Source: Kiritimatiellia bacterium (GTDB lineage: Bacteria > Verrucomicrobiota > Kiritimatiellia > RFP12 > UBA1067). From it: a stretch of 64,000 nt of DNA. The stretch's first letter is position 1, and each line of letters begins with the position of its first letter. The notes under the pieces were generated by a model. That model was not told the DNA's origin. It did not search any database and was given only the letters and a program-made list of their open reading frames with translations. Shown in pieces: positions 25,293-33,584 of the stretch. The stretch covers positions 1,922 through 65,921 of the forward strand of contig JAZLJP010000041.1 in NCBI GenBank assembly GCA_045617985.1. Direction: 5' to 3'. A program made the translations under genes and the position numbers.

Positions 25293-25301
25293 TGCTATAA
25301 T
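25293..25301 (+). promoter_or_regulatory. Extended -10 promoter element (TGCTATAAT) upstream of the 25350 gene
   Basis: A perfect TGnTATAAT lies 48 nt upstream of the ATG. A weak -35-like TTCACA is at 25271-25276 (19-nt spacing). Confidence 0.45.
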
Positions 25302-25349
25302 AAATGATTTATTCAAACCGATTGTTCTTCGTCTGCCTGAAAGGAATCC

Positions 25350-27650
25350 ATGAGCTCGTCTTTCAACCGTTTCCGCCACGCCCTTCTCCGTGAGGCGATT
25401 TTCTGCGTCATTTCAGCCGTTGGCTTATTCTGCCAGGCCGCCGAGGTCCTCGGCGGTTCCTCCGCCGCCTGGCAGGCGATAGCGAACGGCGCTCCGGTGC
25501 GCGTGGCCGTTTTCATGGATAAAGGCGCGCGCAACCAAGGGGCCTTCTACCATCTTTGGCTCGCGACGATCGCGCGCAATGTCAACGGTTTTCCCGTCGA
25601 TGCCCAGATGATCCGCGACGGCATCCTCGATAAAACCGATGTACTCGTCATCCCCGGCGGCTCATCGGTCACCGAAGCGAAAACGCTCGGTTCTCTTGGT
25701 GCACGGAAAATCAAGGATTTCATCTTCCGCGGCGGCGGTTACATCGGCACCTGTGCCGGTTGCGTGATTCTTTCCGAATCAACAAAATCGCATCCGAACA
25801 TGTTCGGCATTCTCCCGTTCAAGAGCATCTTCTCGCGCGAACGCGCCGACATCTCGATCACGTTCAACGCCGACGCCCAGAGAATCGTGGGCATCAAGCC
25901 GGGCAAATCCCTCATCCGCTATTCGCTCGGTCCCGTTTTCGTGCCCGCGCATCCCGTTTCCAACGCGCAATTCACCGTGATCGGCACCTACAACGGATTT
26001 ATCGATTTCCACGCGAAAGGTCCGCGCGAGCTGATGAACGGGAAAGCGGCCGCGTTCGCCGGCACATACGGTGCCGGCCGCGTGTTCGCCTCGGCCGTCC
26101 ATCCCGAATACGCCCCCGCGACGCGTCACCTTCTACAGGACGCCTTCCGCTATGTCACCCGCGGCCGCGCCCTCGAATGGGTTCTTCCCCAACGCAAGCG
26201 CGGCCAGCTCGTCGTGGGGATTCAAACGGACAACACCTTCGGCGTTGCCGCCGCACGTTTCGTGCAAGACCTGATCCGCAAACAGGAGTTCGATCTCATC
26301 GGCGTCAATGAAGCCGCCATCGGCGACGGCGCCCTGCGGAAACTCGACGCCCTTCTCGTTGGAGACGTCGCCGACTTCCAATCCGGCAAAGGCTGCCTCT
26401 CCCTTCTCCAGCGTGCGCGCGTCAACGAATTTCTCGCCCGCGGCGGCCGCCTCATCGCCTGGGGCTCTGCCGCAAAGCCCTGCCGCGAGAAACTCGGCCC
26501 CGCCGTGCGCGTTGTCGAAAACGGCGAAGCCGCCTGTACGGCCCTTCGCGCCTTCGCCGCAGAGCCGCTCCCCGCCGCCGAAAAGGTCGTCGTGAAAAAG
26601 ATCGCCAAGCCCGTGCGCGCCGCCGTGTATACGGACACCGCCGGCTCGAACTACCTTCTCGCGGGTTCCCTCCTTCTTTCTCCCGACTATGAAGTAACCT
26701 TCGTCACCGGCAAGCAGATCGCCGAAGGCGCCCTTAACGGCATGGATCTTCTCCTCCAGCCCGGCGGCGGTTGCCATCGCCAAATCCTCACGCTCGGCGA
26801 AAAAGGAACCGCTGCGATTACGAACTTCGTCTACAACGGCGGCCGCTTCTACGGCGTCTGTGCGGGCGCCTTCATGGCGAGCCAGCCGCTCGATCCCGCT
26901 ACGCGCCCGCGCCTTGGCCTCGTTCCCTGGAAGAACGACGCCGATAAACCCTATCGCGGTACCGCCGAGCTTCCGCTCGCCATCACCCCCGAGGGCCGCG
27001 CCATCTTCGGCCCATCCGCCCATCGCAAGGTACAATACTATGGAGGCCCCGTCCTTGTTCCGGGAACGCCGATTCCCGATACCGATATCCACGTCTTCGC
27101 GACGTACGATGCCTACAATATCAGCACGTTCTCGGCCGCAGAGCCCACTCCCATGCGCGGAAAGGCGGCCCTTCTGGGCGGGCGAGTGGGCAAGGGGAAA
27201 GTTTTCGTCTCCTGTCCGCACCCGGAATTTCACGAGTATTCCTACGATATCGCCCTTTCCGGCCTTGGCTACCTGACAGGCCATAAGCCCGTTCTGCCCA
27301 CGCTCGATCGCGTGCGTGGCGCGTTGGAAGTCGGCTTCAAGCTCCATGTCGACAACGGCGAGGAAACCCGTTTCTACTTCATGGATCTGATGGCGGACCG
27401 CCGTTTCCACATCAATACGGGCATCACCACGGGCTCGGGCTTGAGCCATAAGGATGTCGTCGTACTGCCCCATCCCACCAAGAACGACGTCAGCTACCTC
27501 ATCAAGCGGTTCGCCCAAACGAAGCCGGTGATCGCGCTTGCCTCGACGGCCGAAGAACGCGAACATGTGAAGGCGCTCGCCAACGTTCAAATCGTGAGCA
27601 CGTACGCGGAGATCATTCAGCGTCTGGCCGCCCTTCGAGACGCGCCTTGA
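25350..27650 (+). CDS. Secreted protein with repeated class-I glutamine-amidotransferase-like / BPL_N-like domains (766 aa)
   Basis: Signal-like N-terminus. Two clear copies of the pattern (V)AV(F/Y)..G....LL(V/Q)PGG.....L...G...I..F...GG.Y.G.CAG: VLVIPGGSSVTEAKTLGSLGARKIKDFIFRGGGYIGTCAG and LLLQPGGGCHRQILTLGEKGTAAITNFVYNGGRFYGVCAG. Two shorter related segments are also present. Confidence 0.6.
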   Translation: MSSSFNRFRHALLREAIFCVISAVGLFCQAAEVLGGSSAAWQAIANGAPVRVAVFMDKGARNQGAFYHLWLATIARNVNGFPVDAQMIRDGILDKTDVLVIPGGSSVTEAKTLGSLGARKIKDFIFRGGGYIGTCAGCVILSESTKSHPNMFGILPFKSIFSRERADISITFNADAQRIVGIKPGKSLIRYSLGPVFVPAHPVSNAQFTVIGTYNGFIDFHAKGPRELMNGKAAAFAGTYGAGRVFASAVHPEYAPATRHLLQDAFRYVTRGRALEWVLPQRKRGQLVVGIQTDNTFGVAAARFVQDLIRKQEFDLIGVNEAAIGDGALRKLDALLVGDVADFQSGKGCLSLLQRARVNEFLARGGRLIAWGSAAKPCREKLGPAVRVVENGEAACTALRAFAAEPLPAAEKVVVKKIAKPVRAAVYTDTAGSNYLLAGSLLLSPDYEVTFVTGKQIAEGALNGMDLLLQPGGGCHRQILTLGEKGTAAITNFVYNGGRFYGVCAGAFMASQPLDPATRPRLGLVPWKNDADKPYRGTAELPLAITPEGRAIFGPSAHRKVQYYGGPVLVPGTPIPDTDIHVFATYDAYNISTFSAAEPTPMRGKAALLGGRVGKGKVFVSCPHPEFHEYSYDIALSGLGYLTGHKPVLPTLDRVRGALEVGFKLHVDNGEETRFYFMDLMADRRFHINTGITTGSGLSHKDVVVLPHPTKNDVSYLIKRFAQTKPVIALASTAEEREHVKALANVQIVSTYAEIIQRLAALRDAP

Positions 27651-28281
27651 ACGACGCCAACACGCGCGGCGGCGGCCCATCCGCGACAAGGCGGCCATTC
27701 TCGAAAAGGACCGCCCGCGTAAAGAAATCAGGCGGGAGAGCAAGTTCATGAACCGTCATGACAACCGTTCGGCCGCATGCGCGCAAGAGCGCGTAGACAA
27801 GCCGGCGCGTTGCCTGATCGAGATGGGCCATCGGCTCATCGAGCAAAAGAACGGGTGCCTCGGTTGCAAAGGCAAAGGCAAGCGCAAGGCGGCGGCGCTC
27901 GCCGCTTGAAAGCGCATTGAGCCGCCGTGCCGAAAACGCCGTTACACCCACCAGCGCCATGGCACGCTCGACCGCCGCTTCATCTTCGGCTGTTGGGCGC
28001 CGCCAGGCGCTTAAATGCGGCGTACGCCCGAGCATCACGTAATCGCGGCAGGAAAGGACGAGATCGTCGGGGTCGTCCGCCGGCACGAAGACACACCCCG
28101 GCGTACCGTTCTTCGATGGCCGCACCGCCTCCTGAAGCGCCGAGAGAAAGGTGGATTTCCCCGCGCCATTCGTTCCGAATACGGCCACCCGTTCTCCTTC
28201 GACGAGCGAAAAAGAGACATCGTCAAGCGCCGCCTGCGAACGCCCGGGATAGAATTTCGTGTGGTGGGTGAGCGCTAGCAT
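27613..28281 (-). CDS. ABC transporter ATP-binding protein (FecE/BtuD-like)
   Basis: Walker A GTNGAGKSTFL, signature LSSGERRRLALA and Walker B LLLDEP. The start is set at MLALTHH (ATG 28281), 1 nt after the permease stop. The 3' end overlaps the convergent 25350 gene by about 38 nt. Confidence 0.8.
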   Translation of the reverse strand: MLALTHHTKFYPGRSQAALDDVSFSLVEGERVAVFGTNGAGKSTFLSALQEAVRPSKNGTPGCVFVPADDPDDLVLSCRDYVMLGRTPHLSAWRRPTAEDEAAVERAMALVGVTAFSARRLNALSSGERRRLALAFAFATEAPVLLLDEPMAHLDQATRRLVYALLRACGRTVVMTVHELALPPDFFTRAVLFENGRLVADGPPPRVLASFKARLEGRPDAE

Positions 28282-29117
28282 TTCGAAGGCCGAGTTAAAA
28301 GATAAAGAAAGAACGGCGCTCCGGTGAGCGCACACACGATCCCCACCGGCAACGTTCCAGGGAAAAGACCGGCGAGCGCATCGGCGGCGACAAGGAAAAT
28401 CGCCCCGCCCAGCGCACTCAGCGGCAGATAAAGCCGATGATTCATGCCCGCCAGACGCCGCACCACATGCGGCACGACAAGGCCGAGGAAACCCACCGCC
28501 CCCGCAAGCGAAACGCTTGCCGCCGTAGCGATTGACGTTGCGGCAAGAACCACCAACTGGGTACGCCGCACATTCACCCCAAGCGCTTGGGCCACCTGAT
28601 CGCCCAACACCAACGCATTGAGCGCGCGATTACGCGAATAGATGAGGACAAACGCCACCAACGCCGCACCCGCCGCCCATGGAACGGCCGTAGGCGAAGC
28701 GTGATGCAAATCCCCCCACACCCATTTGAAAGCGGCGGCAGACTGCTCCGGGGTGGCATAGGCAAGGGCCAGCATCTGAAGCGAAGTCGTGAACGATCCC
28801 GCAACAAACCCCGCAACAATCACCGTTCCTCCCGAAAGCCCCTGCCGCCCCGACCGCCGAGCTGCAAGATACGACACGGCACAGACGAGCAAAAGCGAAA
28901 GACACGCGCCGAGAAAGGCCGCCAACGGCACCACCACCGCACTTGCCGCAGCCCAGCCAAAGAGAAATACGAGCGCGACCCCCAGCGACGCTCCGCCGAC
29001 AATACCGAGAATGTACGGCTCGGCAAGCGGATTGCGCAACACGCTCTGCAACGTCGCCCCCGCCGTTCCAAGCGACGCGCCTACAACGAGGCCGACAACA
29101 ATCTGAAGGGCAGTCAT
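28275..29117 (-). CDS. FecCD-family ABC permease, N-terminally short (280 aa)
   Basis: GASLGTAGATLQSVLRNPLAEPYILGIVGGASLG is the conserved FecCD/BtuC TM2-3 motif, but it starts at residue ~13. In family members as I recall them it starts at about residue 60. Only 23 nt separate the start from the upstream gene. Confidence 0.7.
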   Translation of the reverse strand: MTALQIVVGLVVGASLGTAGATLQSVLRNPLAEPYILGIVGGASLGVALVFLFGWAAASAVVVPLAAFLGACLSLLLVCAVSYLAARRSGRQGLSGGTVIVAGFVAGSFTTSLQMLALAYATPEQSAAAFKWVWGDLHHASPTAVPWAAGAALVAFVLIYSRNRALNALVLGDQVAQALGVNVRRTQLVVLAATSIATAASVSLAGAVGFLGLVVPHVVRRLAGMNHRLYLPLSALGGAIFLVAADALAGLFPGTLPVGIVCALTGAPFFLYLLTRPSKC

Positions 29118-29140
29118 CTTCTTCCATCCTCGGAGACCGC

Positions 29141-30469
29141 CTACCCCACCACAAGTTCTTCCTTGGGATAGCGAATCGTCAAGCGCTCTTCCTGACCGCC
29201 AATGAGAAGCACCACGGCAAGCGCCCCCAAACGCCCGCAGAACATGCAGATCATCATCACAACACGCCCCACGGTTGAAAGCTGCGCCGTTGTGGAACCA
29301 CAGCTCAACCCCGTCGTCGAAACCGCCGATACCGTTTCGAAAAGCAGATTCTCGAACGCAAACTTCTCGCTACCGCCCTCGCTGACAAGCAACACCGTCA
29401 TCCCCAAGGCAATCAACGCAGTAAACACCATCACAATCACGATCGATTCGCGAACGATCGCTTCGGAAACCGTGCGCTTGAACATCACCGTTTCACGGCG
29501 GCCTCGGCAGATGGCATAAATCGTAACCAGAAATACGGCGAGCGTCGTCACCTTGATCCCCCCGCCCGCACCGCCAGGCGCCGCCCCGATGAACATCAAG
29601 ACCATCGAAACAAACCGTGTGGCCGGATGGAGCTCATGCACCGGCACGACCGTAAAACCGCAGGTTCGCGGCGAAACCGATTGAAAGAGCGCGATCGCCC
29701 CCTTTTCCAATAGCGAAAACGGTTCAAGCGTCGTCTTCCACTCAAGCGCCAATACAAAGGCGAACATCCCCACGAGAAAGAGGAGCGTGAACCAAAGCAC
29801 CACGCGCGAATGAAGCGAAAGGCGCCCGCGTTTCACCAGATTACGCCGCCAGAACTGAATCGTACAGAGATTGTAGATGACGAGAAATCCAAGACCGCCG
29901 AAAATCACCAAGATCGCCATGACCACCAAGACCAGCGGCTTGCCCTGGAACGTGGCAAGCGAACCGGGATCCAACGAAAAGCCCGCATTGCAAAACGCCA
30001 TCACCGCATAGAAATAGGCGCGGAACCAGGAAAGAGCCGGATAAACGGCATGCAACACCCACATGCCGATCAATTCGATGACCATCATGGAAAGGACAAC
30101 CCAAAGCACAAGCCCCCGCCAACCGCGAACACCGGAAACACCATAGGCGTTCATCAACGAAAACTCGCTCGTAAGCGAAAGGCGGCGCCCCACCACGACA
30201 AGAAAAAACGTTCCGAGCGTCATAATCCCCATGCAGCCGAGCTGGACAAGCGCCAAGAGCACACAGTGCCCGAACCGCGAAAGCTGCGTGCCAACGTCGA
30301 TCACCGTCAATCCGGTAATGCACACGGCCGAACACGCCGTGAACAGGGCATCCATCGGCTTCATCCACGTGTGGGACGGCGACGAGGCGGGCAGCATCAA
30401 AAGAAACGCCCCCGCCAGAATCGCGCCGAGAAAGCCCAAGACGATCAGGAAACGGGACTTCTTCATCAC
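29141..30469 (-). CDS. TrkH/KtrB-family K+ transporter membrane subunit
   Basis: 442 aa and polytopic. It has repeated pore-loop-like motifs (SAVCITGLTV, FCNAGFSL, PRTCGFTVV, VSTTGLS) typical of the family. Confidence 0.8.
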   Translation of the reverse strand: MMKKSRFLIVLGFLGAILAGAFLLMLPASSPSHTWMKPMDALFTACSAVCITGLTVIDVGTQLSRFGHCVLLALVQLGCMGIMTLGTFFLVVVGRRLSLTSEFSLMNAYGVSGVRGWRGLVLWVVLSMMVIELIGMWVLHAVYPALSWFRAYFYAVMAFCNAGFSLDPGSLATFQGKPLVLVVMAILVIFGGLGFLVIYNLCTIQFWRRNLVKRGRLSLHSRVVLWFTLLFLVGMFAFVLALEWKTTLEPFSLLEKGAIALFQSVSPRTCGFTVVPVHELHPATRFVSMVLMFIGAAPGGAGGGIKVTTLAVFLVTIYAICRGRRETVMFKRTVSEAIVRESIVIVMVFTALIALGMTVLLVSEGGSEKFAFENLLFETVSAVSTTGLSCGSTTAQLSTVGRVVMMICMFCGRLGALAVVLLIGGQEERLTIRYPKEELVVG

Positions 30470-31284
30470 TTGGTTTCCGACTCGGATTTCGGCGCGTCAT
30501 CCTTCTTCGCCGAACCATCACCCGAGCAGATCTCCTTGAAACGCACCCCCCAGATGCTCAATTCATAAAGCAGGCAGAGCGGCAGGGCCATGAGAATCTG
30601 GCTCATCGGATCCGGCGGCGTGAGAACCATGCCCAAGAAGAACGCCGCGACAATCGCAAAACGACGCCACGCACGAAGCGAGGCACTTGTGATGACACCC
30701 AGCCACCCCAAGACAAACAACAGGAGCGGCACTTGGAAGACAAGCCCAAACGCCAACACCAGTTTCAGAATCAACGGCACGTAGTTTTCAATCTGCACCT
30801 GCGTGACCGAAAGCCCAAGCCAGTGGTTCACCACATCGAAGAAATGCACCACGTTCGGCGCAAGCTGCCCGTATGAGAACGCCACGCCAAAACCAAAAAG
30901 CCCCGCTCCCACAAGAAGGAAGAACAAGATGGCCGCCTTTTCACTCTTCGTGAGCGCCGGAAAGACAAAGCGCAGAATGAAATACATGACGAACGGAAAA
31001 CTCAACGCCGTTCCACCCCACATGGCGATGGACATGATCTGCGCGAATCCGCCCGTGATGTTGAGGCTCACGATCTCAAGCTTGCCCGCCTTGACAAGCG
31101 CTTCGGCCGGCTCCTTCAGCCAGCGGAGAACCGTCGGCGAAAAGACGCCCACAACGACACAGCAAATCACCCAAGCAAGAACCGCCTGGATCAAACAAGC
31201 CCGCAACGCGACAATATGTTCGAAGAACGGCCGCGGCGGATCATTGTATTCGTCGGGGTTCTTCAGGAGGGGACGCATCTTCAT
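30466..31284 (-). CDS. tatC: Twin-arginine translocase subunit TatC
   Basis: 272 aa and 6-TM. PFFEHIVALRACLI is the TatC N-terminal motif (hL.ELR..l). It is adjacent to the tatA-like gene and overlaps the downstream gene by 4 nt. Confidence 0.85.
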   Translation of the reverse strand: MKMRPLLKNPDEYNDPPRPFFEHIVALRACLIQAVLAWVICCVVVGVFSPTVLRWLKEPAEALVKAGKLEIVSLNITGGFAQIMSIAMWGGTALSFPFVMYFILRFVFPALTKSEKAAILFFLLVGAGLFGFGVAFSYGQLAPNVVHFFDVVNHWLGLSVTQVQIENYVPLILKLVLAFGLVFQVPLLLFVLGWLGVITSASLRAWRRFAIVAAFFLGMVLTPPDPMSQILMALPLCLLYELSIWGVRFKEICSGDGSAKKDDAPKSESETK

Positions 31285-31288
31285 GAAC

Positions 31289-31870
31289 CTACTTCTTCCC
31301 CTTATCGGCCGCCGTTGAAACCGTGATCTTCACGGCGTATGGATCGACTTTGAGTTTTTCGGGATTGACTTTGAGCTTCTCCGGCTTCACCGTCGGCTCC
31401 GGCATCTCCGGCTCCGGCGGCGGCTCCGATTCGGGACCCGTTGCCTCGCCCGTCCCCATTTCCGGGCCCGCATCCGACGATCCCGCCTGATAGTTCGTTT
31501 CGTCGTAATAGTCATGCCCCGGATAAGGGCTGTTATAATCGTAGGCCGAACCTTCGTCTTCTGCACGGTCTTCGGAATCCGGCACCGTTGACGGATCGTC
31601 TTCTGGCGGCGGCATCGCCGACGACGAATCCGACGGCGTTGACGACGAATCGTCGCTCACCGCGTCATTCACCGCCTTGTTGAATTCTTCATCCATTGAC
31701 AGCAGCTGTCGCTTGAACTCGTCCGCCGCACGGCGCAAGGTCGACATGATGTTGCCGAGCTTACGCGCCGCAGACGGCAGATTTTTCGGCCCTACGACAA
31801 TAAGAACGACACCGAGCAGAACGAGCCACTCGGTGCCTCCAACAGATTCCAGAATGAACGCAAACGCCAT
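31289..31870 (-). CDS. tatA: TatA/TatB/TatE-family protein with a long acidic tail
   Basis: The N-terminus EWLVLLGVVLIVVGPKNLPSAARKLG shows the TM plus hinge plus amphipathic helix signature. It is followed by about 130 aa rich in D/E/S/P. Confidence 0.75.
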   Translation of the reverse strand: MAFAFILESVGGTEWLVLLGVVLIVVGPKNLPSAARKLGNIMSTLRRAADEFKRQLLSMDEEFNKAVNDAVSDDSSSTPSDSSSAMPPPEDDPSTVPDSEDRAEDEGSAYDYNSPYPGHDYYDETNYQAGSSDAGPEMGTGEATGPESEPPPEPEMPEPTVKPEKLKVNPEKLKVDPYAVKITVSTAADKGKK

Positions 31871-31898
31871 CTCGAGAACCGTCAGTCTTCCGTCTTAA

Positions 31899-32561
31899 TT
31901 AGCGCTTGGGCTGAAACACCGCGAACTCGCCACGGCGGTTCTTCGACCAAGCAGCTTCTCCCGACCCCGTCACCGCCGGCTTCTCTTCGCCGTAGCTCTT
32001 CGTTTGCATGCGCGCTTCTTCGATACCCTGCCTCACAAGATAATCGTGGATCTTGATCGCACGCTGCTCGCCGAGCGCGAGGTTGTATTCGTTGGAACCG
32101 CGTTCGTCGCAGTTGCCTTCAATCATCACCTTGCGCTCCGGATGCTGCTTCAGATGCTGCGCCACCGCTTCGATCTTCGCAAGTTCAGAGGCCACGAGCG
32201 CATCGGCGTCAAAGCCGAAGTACACCGGCAGAAAATCGACATCCGTGCACCGCATCAGGTTTTGATCCTGATCGAACGGAAGACCCGTCGCCTGGTCCAG
32301 CGAAACCGAATCGGCGTTCTTCTGGGCTTCAAGCGCCGCCCGCTCGGCCGCGAGCTCGGCCGCACGCCGCGCCGCTTCGTCATCCTGCTGCGAGGCAAGA
32401 TCCTTACCCGCATTCGCATTGTTGAGATCATCGACGTTCGAATCGACGAGCGTCGCGTTGCTCATGACATCCGCGCCTTCGGAATCGTCGTACTTGCAAC
32501 CCGTGAGCGAAACCGCAAGGGCACCGCAAACAACCAGGGCGAAGAGGGTGGAACTTTTCAT
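31899..32561 (-). CDS. pal: Peptidoglycan-associated lipoprotein (OmpA-family C-terminal domain)
   Basis: Lipobox LTGC. The C-terminus VYFGFDADAL...IEGNCDERGSNEYNLALGEQRA...G..E...RRGEF is the OmpA_C/Pal signature. Confidence 0.85.
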   Translation of the reverse strand: MKSSTLFALVVCGALAVSLTGCKYDDSEGADVMSNATLVDSNVDDLNNANAGKDLASQQDDEAARRAAELAAERAALEAQKNADSVSLDQATGLPFDQDQNLMRCTDVDFLPVYFGFDADALVASELAKIEAVAQHLKQHPERKVMIEGNCDERGSNEYNLALGEQRAIKIHDYLVRQGIEEARMQTKSYGEEKPAVTGSGEAAWSKNRRGEFAVFQPKR

Positions 32562-32681
32562 TTCTTTTTTACTCCTTATGGATGAAATTCTTCTCTGTCG
32601 TTAGAGTGTCTACTATGATACAGAATTAGGGGTGAAAAAGCAAGCCGAAAGAGGAAAAATCTATCAGCTCCCCCCCCTTCC

Positions 32682-33560
32682 TTAAGCCTGATCGGCGAGC
32701 CCGCGCATCACGCGAAGCGCCTTTTCGAGGTTTTTCCGCAGATCCTGCTTCTTGCCCCAGCCGCATTCGCACGAAACGCCGCCCGTGTAGCCGATCTTCT
32801 TGAGCGCGGCGAAGTAGGGCCGAAACTCGGCCCCGTCGGCCGACATGCCCGGCGCCGTGCGCGGCCCCTTCTCGGCGATGTGACAATGGAGCAGCAGCTG
32901 CGCCCCCGCCTTCTCAATGGACGAAGCGGATTCCCCGCCCTGCTCCATGTGAAAGATGTCCGCAAGGAGCCGCAGACGCGGCGAACCCACGCGCCGGCAG
33001 ATTTCCTGCCCCTCCGAAACGAAGTTGAGGAAGTTCGCCTCCTTCGGCTGGAGCGGCTCGAGGATCACGCACACCTTGCAATCGGCAATGCGCGCGGCAA
33101 GGCGCTTGCAGAAATCGGTGAACTGCTCAACGGCCTTCTCCTTCGGAAAACCCTTGGGCGCATTACGTGCACCGCCCGAGCCGAACACGATGACCTTGAG
33201 CCCCACTTCATCCGCCCGCCGACATGCCTTCTCGGCATAGGCGAGCGGAGCCTCGAAGCTCGCCTTCTCGCCGGTGAGGCGGAACTTGCCCGGCAGAAAA
33301 CCGTTGCAGGACCGCAATGGAATCGGGAGCGCCCGCACGATGTCGCGCTGCTTCTTCCACGGCTCTTCTCCCTTGTCGGGCATGAGCGCGCTCGCAACGC
33401 CGTTCTCGATGAAATCGTAGCCGACCTCCTTGAGCAGCTTCGCATCGTTCAACCCGCGGCAGGCGCCGAAGAGAATGCGCCCGTTCTCTTCGCCCGCCGC
33501 ACCGGCGGCGATTCCCGCCGCCGCAAGGCCCCCTAGGAACTCTCTCCGCGTCACCATCAT
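32682..33560 (-). CDS. TAT-signal sugar-phosphate isomerase/epimerase (xylose-isomerase-like TIM barrel)
   Basis: MMVTRREFLGGLAAAGIAAGAAG is a twin-arginine signal. The length of 292 aa and motifs (VILEPL, HCHIAE) are typical of the AP_endonuc_2 family. Confidence 0.65.
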   Translation of the reverse strand: MMVTRREFLGGLAAAGIAAGAAGEENGRILFGACRGLNDAKLLKEVGYDFIENGVASALMPDKGEEPWKKQRDIVRALPIPLRSCNGFLPGKFRLTGEKASFEAPLAYAEKACRRADEVGLKVIVFGSGGARNAPKGFPKEKAVEQFTDFCKRLAARIADCKVCVILEPLQPKEANFLNFVSEGQEICRRVGSPRLRLLADIFHMEQGGESASSIEKAGAQLLLHCHIAEKGPRTAPGMSADGAEFRPYFAALKKIGYTGGVSCECGWGKKQDLRKNLEKALRVMRGLADQA

Positions 33561-33584
33561 ACCCTCCTCTTCATGACCACAACG

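Noticed and set aside
10560-25300. Diversity-generating retroelement, invertase-driven phase variation or prophage as the explanation for the island
   Set aside because: There is no reverse transcriptase, template/variable repeat pair, recombinase, integrase, tRNA target or phage structural gene in or next to the island.
26133-27749. 538-aa minus-strand ORF opposite the 25350..27650 gene
   Set aside because: It is a shadow ORF with Gly/Ala/Arg-rich composition. The plus-strand product has repeated GATase-like motifs and a signal peptide.
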